Assembly (NCBI GenBank): GCA_039919235.1
Contig: JBDSGA010000124.1
Span: 1-40,495, forward strand
Reading direction: 5' to 3'
Source: Thermomonas sp.
Lineage (GTDB): Bacteria > Pseudomonadota > Gammaproteobacteria > Xanthomonadales > Xanthomonadaceae
Length of the DNA stretch: 40,495 bases
The position numbers were made by a program, and so were the translations under genes. Shown one piece after another: positions 18,371-28,532 of the stretch (positions are counted from its first letter, which is position 1; every line of letters begins with the position of its first letter). Below the pieces are notes generated by a model. It was not told the DNA's origin. It saw only the letters and a list, made by a program, of their open reading frames with translations, and ran no database searches.

Positions 18371-20161
18371 TCAGTCGCCGAAATTGGCGGCGTCCAGCGT
18401 CATCAACGAAGCCGCCCCCGCATCAATCGCCGCCTTGTGCATCAGCGTGCGCGGCAGCAGGCGAGCGAAGTAGAAGCGGGCGGTTTCGCGCTTGGCATCC
18501 TTGAACGCCTGGGTGCGGTCGGATGCCTCGGCTGCGGCCACGCTGCGAGCCCACCAATACGCAAGTACGACGTAGCCCGAATAGAAGAGATAGTCGTAAC
18601 TGGCGGCGCCGAGTTCCTCCGGATTGGTGGCGGCACGTTGCAGCACGTCGCGAGTGAGCGTGGCCCATTCGGTTGCTTTCCCGCGCAGCGGGCCGATGAA
18701 CTCGGCCAGCGCGGCATCGTCTTCATGCGCGCTGGCGAATTCCTCGACCATCGACAGGAACAGCTTCAGGCCAGCGCCTTGCGACGCCGCCGTCTTGCGG
18801 CCGATCAGGTCCAGTGCCTGGATCCCGGTGGTGCCTTCGTACAAGGTCGTGATGCGTGCATCGCGTGCGTACTGCTCCATCCCGTGTTCGTGGATATAGC
18901 CGTGGCCGCCGAAGCATTGTATCGCGTTGTAGGTATTCTCGATGCTCCACTCGGTCTGGCAGGCCTTGGAGATCGGGGTCAGGAAACTCACCAGCGTGTC
19001 CGCACGTTCGCGCGCCGCGCCGTCGCCTTCGCGTTCGGCCGCATCCAGCAGCGAATAGGCATGCAGTGATAACAGACGCCCGCCTTCGATGAGCGCTTTC
19101 TGCGAGAGCAGCATGCGGCGCACGTCCGGGTGGACGATGATCGGGTCGGCCGGCTTATCCGGTGCTTTCGGGCCGGACAGGGAGCGCGACTGCAACCGCT
19201 CGCGCGAATACCGCAGTGCGTTCTGGTAAGCGCGTTCGGACAGCCCCAAGCCTTGGACGCCGACGCCCAGACGCGCGGAGTTCATCATCACGAACATCGC
19301 CTGCAGGCCCTTGTGCGGCTCGCCGACCAGGTAACCCTGGGCACCGTCGAAATTCATCACGCAGGTGGCGGAGCCGTGGATGCCCATCTTGTGTTCGATC
19401 GAGCCGCAGCGCAGCGCATTGCGTTCGCCGACGGTGCCGTCGCGCGCGACCCGGAACTTCGGCGTGACAAACAGCGAGATGCCCTTGGCGCCGGCGGGCG
19501 CACCCGGGAGCTTCGCGAGCACGAGGTGGACGATGTTGGCGGACATGTCGTGCTCACCGGCGGTAATGAAGATCTTGGTGCCGCTGATGGCGTAGCTGCC
19601 GTCCTCGTTCGGGGTCGCCTTGGTCTTCAGCAGGCCGAGGTCGGTCCCGCAATGCGGCTCGGTCAGGCACATCGTGCCCGTCCACGTGCCCGCGACCAGA
19701 GGCTTCAGGAAAGCCTCTTTCTGCCAATCCTCTCCATAGCGTCCCAATGCTTCAACCGCGCCGTGCGAGAGCATAGGGAAGTTGCCCCAAGCCAAGTTGG
19801 CACTGTCCACCAGTTCAGTCAGCACACCGCCGATGACCGCCGGCATGCCTTGGCCGCCGTGTTCCGGATCGTTGACCAGCCCGGTCCAGCCGCCCTCGAC
19901 GAACTGGTCGAACGCGTGCTTGAAGCCAGGTGGCACGGTGACGTCACCCGTCGTCGGGTCGAACTTGCAGCCGACCTCGTCACCCACGCGGTTGAGCGGC
20001 GCCAAGACCGTTTCGGTGAAGCGCGCGGCTTCATCCAGCACCGCATCGACCAGCTCGCGGTTGGTGTCTTCGTAGCCCAGCTTGGCAAACAGCGACTCGG
20101 CGTCCAGCACATCGAACAATGCGAAGCGAATGTCTTCCAGCGGTGCCTTGTATGTACTCAT
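18371..20161 (-). CDS. Acyl-CoA dehydrogenase (about 600-aa class with C-terminal domain)
   Basis: GTMCLTEPHCGTD, GTKIFIT, EHKMGIHGS, GGHGYI, LYEGTTGIQALDL. Confidence 0.95.
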   Translation of the reverse strand: MSTYKAPLEDIRFALFDVLDAESLFAKLGYEDTNRELVDAVLDEAARFTETVLAPLNRVGDEVGCKFDPTTGDVTVPPGFKHAFDQFVEGGWTGLVNDPEHGGQGMPAVIGGVLTELVDSANLAWGNFPMLSHGAVEALGRYGEDWQKEAFLKPLVAGTWTGTMCLTEPHCGTDLGLLKTKATPNEDGSYAISGTKIFITAGEHDMSANIVHLVLAKLPGAPAGAKGISLFVTPKFRVARDGTVGERNALRCGSIEHKMGIHGSATCVMNFDGAQGYLVGEPHKGLQAMFVMMNSARLGVGVQGLGLSERAYQNALRYSRERLQSRSLSGPKAPDKPADPIIVHPDVRRMLLSQKALIEGGRLLSLHAYSLLDAAEREGDGAARERADTLVSFLTPISKACQTEWSIENTYNAIQCFGGHGYIHEHGMEQYARDARITTLYEGTTGIQALDLIGRKTAASQGAGLKLFLSMVEEFASAHEDDAALAEFIGPLRGKATEWATLTRDVLQRAATNPEELGAASYDYLFYSGYVVLAYWWARSVAAAEASDRTQAFKDAKRETARFYFARLLPRTLMHKAAIDAGAASLMTLDAANFGD

Positions 20162-20259
20162 GCGTGCTTCCGGTTGCGTGCGGGCGCATTGTGGGCCCGT
20201 GGAAGCATCAGCATACTACGGCGTATGGTGGTTTACCTGAGGGTTGGTCGTGCTCGGAT

Positions 20260-20742
20260 TCAGCGAAGCACGCCAGCCAACCCTGGAACCGGGGTCAAGG
20301 CACTCTCGCGCTTGATCTTGTAGGTGCGCACCTTCGCGTCCTGCGGTGCTGCGTCCACGTTGCCGCCCAGGGTGTAGTTGAGGCTGCGGCCATCGGCCAA
20401 GGCGGTCGCGATACGGGCGCGGCCATCCGCGGTAGGGATGATCGTGGCAGTGACCACGTCCGCCGACTCCGGCCCGATGCTAATCTGCGGTTGCGTTTGC
20501 ACACTGCAAGCCACGCCGTTATCAAATCCGATCTGGATGTTGGTGGCGGTAAAACGCATCGGCACACTGCTGAAGTTGTCCAAGCGCAATTGCACGTCCC
20601 ACTGGCCATCCGCGCGCACCGTCAGCTGCTGGATGCTGGCCGCGGGTTCGGAGATGCGTCGCACCGGTCCGCCGCCGCATGCGGCAAGCGTGCAGGCAAC
20701 CAAAGCAAGCAGGGCGGCGATCCAAATAGCGCGTCGACTCAT
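20260..20742 (-). CDS. LEA type 2 (WHy)-like lipoprotein
   Basis: Lipobox LAAC; GAGG SD before MSRR; PAASIQQL, LRLDNFS, LTPVPGL. Confidence 0.8.
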   Translation of the reverse strand: MSRRAIWIAALLALVACTLAACGGGPVRRISEPAASIQQLTVRADGQWDVQLRLDNFSSVPMRFTATNIQIGFDNGVACSVQTQPQISIGPESADVVTATIIPTADGRARIATALADGRSLNYTLGGNVDAAPQDAKVRTYKIKRESALTPVPGLAGVLR

Positions 20743-20808
20743 GGCGGCATCCTCAAGCATGGACGCCGAGCATAGCCCGCACGCCGCGAATCCGCAGGTA
20801 CGAAGAAA

Positions 20809-21003
20809 TTAGTAGCCTGCTTCGATCTCGTTGACCGGCAATTCGCGGATGTACGCATCCTTGGCGACGATGAAGGCTTCTGCGCATTGATAAGCCTCGC
20901 GGCCCATGGCCACGCGCGTCTCATTGGTCGCAGCGTTGGGATCCTGGCGACCGAGCAGCGCGGTGTACAAGGTCAGGGCGATATCGTGGATGTCCATGGG
21001 CAT
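20809..21003 (-). CDS. Small hypothetical protein (62-64 aa)
   Basis: MDIHDIALTLYTALLG...EAYQCAEAFIVAKDAYIRE; gene-like codon use in an intergenic gap; alternative start 20997. Confidence 0.65.
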   Translation of the reverse strand: MPMDIHDIALTLYTALLGRQDPNAATNETRVAMGREAYQCAEAFIVAKDAYIRELPVNEIEAGY

Positions 21004-21163
21004 TTCCGTGTGCGGGAGCGCGACGATACACCCGCGCGCCAGCCGTCTACACGTTTAAATCAAAACTATGGAACTTCTGCGGAGGGACTCCGCGCAAGGG
21101 CCAGCATGTTGCCGATGCGTCGTTGCATCGCTGCTGCTGCCACGACCCAGCAAGTTGGCCGGG

Positions 21164-22405
21164 TCAGGCCCAGGCGTTTACCCACCCAGGGAAATCAGCG
21201 GATCTCATCGGTTTGGCGATGAAGTAGCCTTGCGCTAGATCACAGCCGCACTCGCGCAGCAAGTTCCAGTCCTCGGCCGATTCGGCACCCTCCGCCACTG
21301 ACGTGATGCCCAGCTTGCGCGCCATATCCAGGCTCGATTCCAGGATCATGCGGCTGGACTCCTGGCGTGCCGCGTGCAGGACGAAGGATTGATCGATCTT
21401 CAGCTCGGTGAAGGGGATCCGGGTCAGCTGCTGCATCGAGGAATAGCCGGTGCCGTAGTCATCGATCGACAGACCAAAGCCTTTCATGCGCAGACGGATG
21501 AGGTTTTCAAGGACGTGACCCACGCTGCTCATCGCCGCCGATTCTGTGATCTCCAGGATCATGTGCTTGGGTTCCAAGCCCTGCTGCGTCACTTGCCACG
21601 TGATGGCCTCTGCGATCGCGGGATCGTCAAGTTGCTTCACAGACAGGTTCACCGACACATTGAGGTCCAGGCCTGCGTCCCGCCACTTGCGGCAGTCTTG
21701 TGCACTTCTGGCGAGCATGATCCAGGTCAATTCGCTGATCTGGCCGGCCTTTTCCAGGAGCGAAATGAACGCATAGGGCAGCACCACCGCGCCGTGAGGA
21801 TGATGCCACCGGGCCAGAGCTTCCGCGCCCTTGACCCGCCTGGTCCTCAGGTCGATCTTGGGCTGGTAGTAAGGCTCGAATTGTTCTGCATGCAGGCCTT
21901 CCATGACCTGTTCCAGGCTGAAAGTGGACGGGCCCTGCGTCATTTTTTCCGGAGCAGGCCGGGATTGCCAATGCATGGTGATCAACTCGGCGAAGCGTTC
22001 CGGGGTCGGCGGCTTCTCCACGGTTCCGAGCAAACGCATCCCGTATGCTCCGATCATCGTCACCATTGTTCCGAGTAGCGATTTGTCCAAGCCGCTGGTA
22101 ATGATCAGCGAAGCGCGCACCTTGGCCTCGCCAAGTCGGCGAATAAAGGCCATGCCATCCATCCCGGGCATGTCGATATCAGTGACGATGATGTCGAAAG
22201 GCTGCTCTAGCTCGCGCGTCACTTCCAGTGCGGAGAAGCCATCTGCGGCTTCATGAATCGACCGTACGCCCAGGCTCTCAAGCATCTCCACCATCATGCT
22301 GCGCTGGAACGCGTGGTCTTCTACGACAAGAAACCGCAGATCCTTGCCGGCAAACGGCGCACTAGCGTCAGGCAATTGAGTGTCATCACGTGTCGATGGT
22401 TGCAT
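21164..22405 (-). CDS. REC-EAL response regulator, c-di-GMP phosphodiesterase (RocR/PvrR-type architecture)
   Basis: REC: LVVEDH, TDIDMPGMDG, EKP; EAL: YQPKI, EALARW, SVNLS, LEITES, IDDYGTGYSS, LKID, AEGAE, QGY. Confidence 0.93.
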   Translation of the reverse strand: MQPSTRDDTQLPDASAPFAGKDLRFLVVEDHAFQRSMMVEMLESLGVRSIHEAADGFSALEVTRELEQPFDIIVTDIDMPGMDGMAFIRRLGEAKVRASLIITSGLDKSLLGTMVTMIGAYGMRLLGTVEKPPTPERFAELITMHWQSRPAPEKMTQGPSTFSLEQVMEGLHAEQFEPYYQPKIDLRTRRVKGAEALARWHHPHGAVVLPYAFISLLEKAGQISELTWIMLARSAQDCRKWRDAGLDLNVSVNLSVKQLDDPAIAEAITWQVTQQGLEPKHMILEITESAAMSSVGHVLENLIRLRMKGFGLSIDDYGTGYSSMQQLTRIPFTELKIDQSFVLHAARQESSRMILESSLDMARKLGITSVAEGAESAEDWNLLRECGCDLAQGYFIAKPMRSADFPGWVNAWA

Positions 22406-25040
22406 TCAATTGCTCCAGTTCCAGCTGAAATACATCGATGAGCCATGCTACTCCGGGTAGATCGCCTGCGCGCCCGGCTTGCTCGATCATGGCGGATACC
22501 GACGCCAGCCCAGTGGCATTGATGAAGCCACACGCCCCTTTGATGCGATGCGCGAAGTGTGTGACCGTTGCCATGTCACCTTGTTGGATTGCTTCCATCA
22601 GATGCATTACATCGACATCGTTGACCTCACGGAAGAGGGCAAGCGCGCGTTGCGTGATGGCGACCTCGTTGTTTCCGGCGAGACGACGCGTTTTGGTACC
22701 TGCGTCCGATTCGCTGTCGACGTTCGTGGCATCCATGGTGGCCTGTTGAAGTGAAGCGCTGGCCTGGATGGGATGAATGGGAGACGGCAGCCATCTCTTA
22801 AGTTTCTCGGAAAGTCCGAGCAACTGGATAGGCTTTGCGATGTAGTCATCCATGCCAGCATCCAGACACTCCTGCATCACGCCGGTGATCGCGTTGGCGC
22901 TGCAGGCAATGATTGGAGTCCTGCTGCCAGCGACTTCAGCTTCGGCTTCGCGGATGCGACGCGTCAGGTCGTAGCCGCTCATGCCGGGCATGTTGAGATC
23001 AGAAAGTACCAGCGAAAACTTGCCGGTGCGCCATTGCTGAAGCGCGGCTGCGCCACTTTCCACGTCTTCAGCGGCATAGCCCAACGCGTTGATCTGCTGG
23101 CGCATGACCATGCGATTGATAGGATGGTCGTCCACCACCAGGATGAGGGTGGACAAGTCGGTAGTCGCGGGCTCGCAGGGCAGGGAAGTCGGATCTTCAA
23201 GGCAAACCTCGTCTGGCTGGGCTACCTTCTGTTGAAAGGAAGCTGACCCGTATAGATGTTCCGGAGCGCCGATTTCCTGTTCGCGCCGTGGTGAAAGCGC
23301 AGGATTGGCAATCAGCGCGACGAGATGCAGCGTCATGGTTGTGCCCGATCCTAGGTTGCTGGACATGCTGACGTGTCCACCCATTAACTCGGCCAGCCGG
23401 CGGGATATTGAAAGTCCTAATCCGCTTCCGCCATAGCGATTGGCGATGCTGTGGGCTTGCTCGAACTCCTTGAACAGCATGTGCTGTTCTGCTGATGCAA
23501 TTCCGATACCGGTATCCACCACTTCGAAACGCAGGCACTCCAAAGTGCTATCACTCCCTTCCGACAGTACACGCAATTCAACGCTGCCTTCGGGGGTGAA
23601 CTTGATGGCATTGCTGATGAAATTGCTGAGGATTTGTCGAAGGCGCAAAGCATCCAGCATCAACACCGGGTTGATATCCGCATCCACGTGCAGTCGGAAA
23701 TCCAGGCCCAAACTCTTGGCACTGCCAGCATAGATCCGTTGCACGCTTTGCATGAGATCCTGCAAACGCGTTGGTTCGGGGAAGATTCCGAGTTTGCCGG
23801 CCTCCACTTTGGAGAAATCGAGGATATCGTCGATGATTCTCTGCAGGGCTTGACCCGAATCCCTTACCGCCTCCAGCGCAGTGCGGATTTCAGGATTGAC
23901 CGGGGTCAGGCTGATCAATTCGAGCAGTCCCAGCATGCCGTTGAGTGGGGTCCGAATCTCGTGACTCATCGTCGCAAGGAACGCGCTCTTGGCCCGGTTG
24001 GTAGCGTCTGCTGCCTCTTTCGCCAGTGAAAGCCCCTCTTCAAGTGACTTGCGGGCGGTGATGTCCTGAATTGTGCCGCGCATGCCCGTCACATTGCCGG
24101 TGCCATCCGAAACCGGCAGCACGATCACGTGGAACGACACCACGCTGCCGTCGGGAAGTTGCATCGACGTTTCGAGGGACTGCAACGCACCCGTCGATTG
24201 CGCCAATTCGAAAGCCTCTGCGATGGGCTCGGGACCTTCCAACACCATTGCAACCGTCTCTTCCAGACTTGGAGGTCCCAGTTTCGGATCCCGCCGAAGC
24301 AGTTCGTAGACTTGCGGTGACCAGCTCAACGCGCCCGTGGCCAAGTCGCACGTCCAATCCCCCAAGAGAGCCACGGTTTGAGCATCCTCCAGCCGCAGCG
24401 TTGCATCCCTCAACGCCTGTTCAGTGGACCGGATGTCGGTGATGTCGAACACATGTCCATTCCACACCACATCGTGGCTGGACGTGCGTGCAGGCACTGC
24501 CAGCGTGCGCACCCACCTGAGCTCACCGTCCGGTTTCCGGATGCGGAAATCGAGTTCCATTGGCGACAAGGACAGGTGTGACTGCACAAGCGCGGCATTC
24601 ACCCGCTCGCGATCTTCCGGCACGACCAAGCGACGCGCCACGCTCGGATCCTGCAGTATCTGGTCGCGCGAGACGCCAAGCAGATTGGCAGCATTGACCG
24701 TCAGGAATTCATAGGTGCTAACGCCGTCATCGGCAAGCCTGAAGACGTAGAAGCCGCCGGGCAGGCGATGTGCCATCCGCTCCAGCCGGGTTTCGGCGCG
24801 ATGGCATGCGCGGCTGTTGTAAAACAAGGCCCAAAGCAGTGCTGCCACGATGCCGCAGACGGTCACCGCCACGACCAGCAACAGTTCGGGCGACGAGTTG
24901 GCATCCTGCGTCATCGCGTTCGGTAGGCTCAAACGAGCCAGTGCGTGGTTGGCTTGCCAACCCAGCATTAATAGCGCGATAACGGCAAGGCCTACGCTGC
25001 CAGCAATCACGACATCCGCTGTTTTCGGGCGCGTTGCCAT
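22386..25040 (-). CDS. Unorthodox hybrid sensor kinase (2TM-PAS-PAS-HisKA-HATPase-REC-Hpt)
   Basis: H-box MSHEIRTPLNG, N-box NFISNAIKFT, DTGIG, GSGLGL, REC VVDDH/SDLNMP/AKP, Hpt AHRIKGA; start 25040 has GGAGG SD. Confidence 0.93.
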   Translation of the reverse strand: MATRPKTADVVIAGSVGLAVIALLMLGWQANHALARLSLPNAMTQDANSSPELLLVVAVTVCGIVAALLWALFYNSRACHRAETRLERMAHRLPGGFYVFRLADDGVSTYEFLTVNAANLLGVSRDQILQDPSVARRLVVPEDRERVNAALVQSHLSLSPMELDFRIRKPDGELRWVRTLAVPARTSSHDVVWNGHVFDITDIRSTEQALRDATLRLEDAQTVALLGDWTCDLATGALSWSPQVYELLRRDPKLGPPSLEETVAMVLEGPEPIAEAFELAQSTGALQSLETSMQLPDGSVVSFHVIVLPVSDGTGNVTGMRGTIQDITARKSLEEGLSLAKEAADATNRAKSAFLATMSHEIRTPLNGMLGLLELISLTPVNPEIRTALEAVRDSGQALQRIIDDILDFSKVEAGKLGIFPEPTRLQDLMQSVQRIYAGSAKSLGLDFRLHVDADINPVLMLDALRLRQILSNFISNAIKFTPEGSVELRVLSEGSDSTLECLRFEVVDTGIGIASAEQHMLFKEFEQAHSIANRYGGSGLGLSISRRLAELMGGHVSMSSNLGSGTTMTLHLVALIANPALSPRREQEIGAPEHLYGSASFQQKVAQPDEVCLEDPTSLPCEPATTDLSTLILVVDDHPINRMVMRQQINALGYAAEDVESGAAALQQWRTGKFSLVLSDLNMPGMSGYDLTRRIREAEAEVAGSRTPIIACSANAITGVMQECLDAGMDDYIAKPIQLLGLSEKLKRWLPSPIHPIQASASLQQATMDATNVDSESDAGTKTRRLAGNNEVAITQRALALFREVNDVDVMHLMEAIQQGDMATVTHFAHRIKGACGFINATGLASVSAMIEQAGRAGDLPGVAWLIDVFQLELEQLNATIDT

Positions 25041-25244
25041 CTTGGATCGCCTCCAGGAGATGGAGATACAGGTTCGACAGTGTGAAATGCTCGTCAACGG
25101 GTTCGGAGGCCGACCACAATACGAAGCAAGGGTCTAATGTACGGATCAAAAGTGATCAGGGCGTGTTTAGCAGGGCCGGATGTGCGTGAGTCACGTCGCT
25201 GGCGAAGCAGTCACACACCCATACACAAGAATAGAAGATGCCAC

Positions 25245-25282
25245 AAACGAAAAACCCCGCACGGCTGAAAGCCTTGCAGGGT
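25245..25282 (-). terminator. Intrinsic terminator downstream of tRNA-Phe
   Basis: Minus strand ACCCTGCAAGGC-tttca-GCCGTGCGGGGT followed by TTTTCGTTT. Confidence 0.75.
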
Positions 25283-25305
25283 CTACGATTGTGGCTAATT
25301 AGACG

Positions 25306-25381
25306 TGGTGGCCGGGGACGGAATCGAACCGCCGACACGGGGATTTTCAATCCCCTGCTCTACCAACTGAGCTACCCGGCC
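25306..25381 (-). tRNA. tRNA-Phe (GAA)
   Basis: 76 nt GGCCGGGTAGCTCAGTTGGTAGAGCAGGGGATTGAAAATCCCCGTGTCGGCGGTTCGATTCCGTCCCCGGCCACCA; GAA anticodon, encoded CCA. Confidence 0.98.
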
Positions 25382-25403
25382 ACGAGGGTTGAACCAGCCG
25401 GCA

Positions 25404-25432
25404 ATGATACGGGGCGAAGACGTGGACGGCAA
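25404..25432 (-). promoter_or_regulatory. Sigma70-type promoter of tRNA-Phe
   Basis: TTGCCG-N17-TATCAT followed by GC-rich discriminator-like tgccggc. Confidence 0.7.
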
Positions 25433-25538
25433 GCCGCATGCCGGCTGAACACCAGAAAAGTTAGTTGCCTGGAATTTAACAAAGGGCGTGCATGATCTAC
25501 TGATCACACACATAAGCTGCCTAATTGAAGGGGTCGAC

Positions 25539-25955
25539 ATGAAACCGATCGTTCCACTGCTCGCCGTGCTTTCACTTGCCGCCTGCGCAACCACTCGACC
25601 AACGGATAGTGAACGCTTGGCGTTATACATGGCGCACGCAGGCGAGCTCGTAAAGCAGATTCGATACATCACTCCGATGGGGTGGGAGCGCATCGATGGC
25701 GAACATGTGGTGCTCAACATGCGACCCAAGGAAAACTGGTTATTGACCCTGCCGGGCAATTGCCTGGATTGGGGCATCGGGTCGCCTTTCCTGACCGTCA
25801 ATGGTCAGACTGGCTGGCTGATGACCAAGCTCGATAGCATCAAGGTTGCCGGCTCACCTGTTATGTGCCGGATTGATGAAATTCGTCCCGTCGACATGCA
25901 GGCCGTCCGCGCAGCCGAAAAACAGATGCGCGATCAAGTTCCTTCTGGTACGTAA
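25539..25955 (+). CDS. Small lipoprotein (DUF6491-like)
   Basis: Lipobox LAAC; GAAGGGG SD; two Cys (GNC, MCRI.EIRPVD). Confidence 0.75.
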   Translation: MKPIVPLLAVLSLAACATTRPTDSERLALYMAHAGELVKQIRYITPMGWERIDGEHVVLNMRPKENWLLTLPGNCLDWGIGSPFLTVNGQTGWLMTKLDSIKVAGSPVMCRIDEIRPVDMQAVRAAEKQMRDQVPSGT

Positions 25956-26206
25956 CCAGCTGGTTTATCCGCGCCACCGCCGAACAGGAACTTGAGCATC
26001 TCGGCTTCCAGGAAGCTGCGGTGCTCTTGGTTCAACGGGGAGAGTCGGTTCTCGTTGATCAGCATGGTCTGGTGCGCAAGCCAGCGTTGCCACGCAGGTT
26101 TACCGACGTGTCCAAATACCCGCTTGCCTGCTTCGCCGGGCCATGGGGCGAAATCGAGCCCCTCGGCCTCTACTTGGTCAACATCGCAGAACACCATTCG
26201 CGCCAT
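25934..26206 (-). CDS. yggX: Oxidative damage protection / Fe(II)-trafficking protein YggX
   Basis: MARMVFC...EAEGLDF.PWPGE.GKR...[14 protein letters not shown]; downstream of mutY. Confidence 0.93.
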   Translation of the reverse strand: MARMVFCDVDQVEAEGLDFAPWPGEAGKRVFGHVGKPAWQRWLAHQTMLINENRLSPLNQEHRSFLEAEMLKFLFGGGADKPAGYVPEGT

Positions 26207-26211
26207 CGTGC

Positions 26212-27255
26212 TTACTCCCCTAACAGTCGCCTGATCGGCGCAGGTAGTCCGATTCCAGCCAGTTCCGCGCCTGTTGTCCAGCGCAGGCTGTCATTGTCGC
26301 CGATTGCAACGCGCGCACCTACGCCATCGATGCGATGCGGAAGGATCTGCAGGCGGTAGTGACTGAACCCGTGCATGACGGGCGCGCAGGATTGCATGCG
26401 TTCAAAGCCATCTTCGACATGGCGTTCGAACCATATGCGCGCCTCAACCAGGTCAGCGTGCTCCGGCAATGACCAGAGGCTTGCCCAAATCCCGGTCGGT
26501 GGACGTCGCTGCAGCAGGACGCGGCCGACCTCGTCCTTGATCAATAGCATGTGCGTAGTTCGCTGTGGCAACGATTTAGCAGGCTTTGGGGAAGGCAGTT
26601 CGGCGATGCGACCATCCGTAAATGCGATGCAGTCCTGTTGCAAGGGACATGACGTGCATGCGGGAGCAGTGCGCGTGCACAGGGTCGCGCCGAAATCCAT
26701 CTGTGCCTGCGTGTAGTCGGCGAGTCGCGCATCCGGTAGCAAGGATTCGGCGATCACCCATAACTTCTTCTCGACTGAAGGCGTGCCGGGCCAGCCTTCG
26801 ATGCCATGCACCCGGCACAGCACCCGCTTGACGTTGCCGTCGAGGATTGCCGCAGGTTCGCCCCAGGCCTGGGCGAGGATCGCGCCCGCGGTGCTGCGGC
26901 CTATCCCCGGCAGGGCGCGCAAGGCTTCAGCGTCGTGCGGCAATTCGCTAGCATGGATTGCTACGCACACTTTCGCCGCGGCATGCAGGTTGCGTGCGCG
27001 CGCGTAGTAGCCAAGGCCGGACCACAACGCGAGCACGCTGTCCTGCGATGCGCCGGCTAGCGACTGCAGGTTCGGTAACGCAGACACGAATCGTTCGAAA
27101 TAGGGAGCGACGACAGCGACCTGGGTCTGCTGCAACATGATTTCAGACAACCACACGCGATACGGCGTGCGCGGATCCTGCCAAGGCAGGTGATGGCGGC
27201 CGTGCTGGTCGAACCATTCGAGAAGCCGCGTGCTGTAATCAGGCGTTTGCCTCAT
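26212..27255 (-). CDS. mutY: A/G-specific adenine glycosylase
   Basis: [44 protein letters not shown], 4Fe-4S C-x6-C-x2-C-x5-C. Confidence 0.96.
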   Translation of the reverse strand: MRQTPDYSTRLLEWFDQHGRHHLPWQDPRTPYRVWLSEIMLQQTQVAVVAPYFERFVSALPNLQSLAGASQDSVLALWSGLGYYARARNLHAAAKVCVAIHASELPHDAEALRALPGIGRSTAGAILAQAWGEPAAILDGNVKRVLCRVHGIEGWPGTPSVEKKLWVIAESLLPDARLADYTQAQMDFGATLCTRTAPACTSCPLQQDCIAFTDGRIAELPSPKPAKSLPQRTTHMLLIKDEVGRVLLQRRPPTGIWASLWSLPEHADLVEARIWFERHVEDGFERMQSCAPVMHGFSHYRLQILPHRIDGVGARVAIGDNDSLRWTTGAELAGIGLPAPIRRLLGE

Positions 27256-28532
27256 GGTTTGACGGGTGTAGTGGCATCGTCCTGGAATTCGATGTCCACG
27301 CCTTCAAGCGAGGCGCCGGCAATTTCGACGCGAGGTGTCTGCAGGCGGCCTGCCAATGGCGGCAGCGGCGATCCGGAGACGCCAGTGTCCAGCCAGTCCA
27401 GGATCGCGGGCAGCTTGAAGTGTGCGTCGAACAGGGTGGCATCGCGATGCAGCCCGAGCGAAGCGATATCGCTGAAATCCGCTTGGCCCATGTAATCCAG
27501 CGTGAACGCCATCGGTGACGTCGATGCTGAAAGCGGCGGCGGCAATGCGGGCCATGTATCCGGCCATGTCGCGATGTCACCCTGCAGGCGAAGCACCAGC
27601 CGGCGACCGAATGCGAGCGCGCCATTGGCACTTGCGTCTGGGATCACGCCGCTGCCATGCAGGATCAGCGCGGCCGGTTCCAGTGCCCAGACGCCTTTGT
27701 CGAAACGCAGTGGACCGGCCGCGCCAAGCACGAAGGGCAGGTTCGATTTTGCGGAGACGTAGCGTGCAGACAACCCGAATTTTGCAGGTGACAAGTGCAT
27801 GTCGATGGCGCCCACATGCAGTGACCCGGCCAGATGGACCTGGGTCGGCATTTTCCAGTCCTTGCCTTGCAGCGTGAGCTTGCCCGTTGCTGCCACGCCT
27901 GCGTCGTTGGCGGGCTTGGTCATGGCAACAACTAGATCGAACGGCAGTGTCATCGGCGGGGCGAGGTAACGGCCTTGCAAGTGCGCATGCAGCGGCTTGC
28001 CGGGTGCAAGCGAGGGCAGTTCAACGTTGATGCTGTCGATGACCCAGTCAGTATTCACGATGCTGCCGCGATTGATGCGCAGGCCGTCGATCAGGGTCGG
28101 GATGCGGGTCTCTCCGGTTGGTCGCGTCGCCTGCCAGCGCTCAAGTGCCGGCACGTCCAGGATCGGTGCGTCCAGTTCGATGCGCTGCACGGTCAGGTCT
28201 CTGCTGCGTGCGCGGATGGTGCGCCATGGCACCGCGACGAATACGCGGTCGGCGCGCAGCAGGGCAGTAGCATCGCCCGGACGATGGGCGACCACATCGC
28301 GCAGTACCAGTTGCGGCGTGCCGCGGAGTCGATAACTGGCTTGGCCGGATGCCGTGATTTCAAGGCCAAGCGACTTGCCGACGCGATCCAGCAGCAGCGC
28401 GCTGGCACGCTGCGGTTGCAGCAGGTAGCTGCCGGCAATGCCAAGCAAGATCAGCAGGATGACGACAACAAGCGCGAAGCGGGCCAGCCGGCTTCGGCGA
28501 GTGCGCACTGGTGCAGGCGCGGTAGCGCTCAC
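27252..28532 (-). CDS. AsmA family protein
   Basis: N-terminal TM anchor then beta-rich body; located between ftsY and mutY with 4-nt overlaps. Confidence 0.75.
   Translation of the reverse strand: MSATAPAPVRTRRSRLARFALVVVILLILLGIAGSYLLQPQRASALLLDRVGKSLGLEITASGQASYRLRGTPQLVLRDVVAHRPGDATALLRADRVFVAVPWRTIRARSRDLTVQRIELDAPILDVPALERWQATRPTGETRIPTLIDGLRINRGSIVNTDWVIDSINVELPSLAPGKPLHAHLQGRYLAPPMTLPFDLVVAMTKPANDAGVAATGKLTLQGKDWKMPTQVHLAGSLHVGAIDMHLSPAKFGLSARYVSAKSNLPFVLGAAGPLRFDKGVWALEPAALILHGSGVIPDASANGALAFGRRLVLRLQGDIATWPDTWPALPPPLSASTSPMAFTLDYMGQADFSDIASLGLHRDATLFDAHFKLPAILDWLDTGVSGSPLPPLAGRLQTPRVEIAGASLEGVDIEFQDDATTPVKP

Noticed and set aside
19130-20323. 397-aa plus-strand ORF
   Set aside because: Antisense shadow of the acyl-CoA dehydrogenase.
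21156-21163. TGGCCGGG next to the REC-EAL stop, matching part of the tRNA-Phe 3' end (possible att remnant)
   Set aside because: Only 8 bp and GC-rich, so expected by chance; no integrase in the window.
25143-25216. Short palindromes (GATCA..TGATC, CGTGAGTCACG) upstream of the kinase as CRP/Clp-like sites
   Set aside because: Spacing does not fit TGTGA-N6-TCACA and the repeats are too short to support a call.
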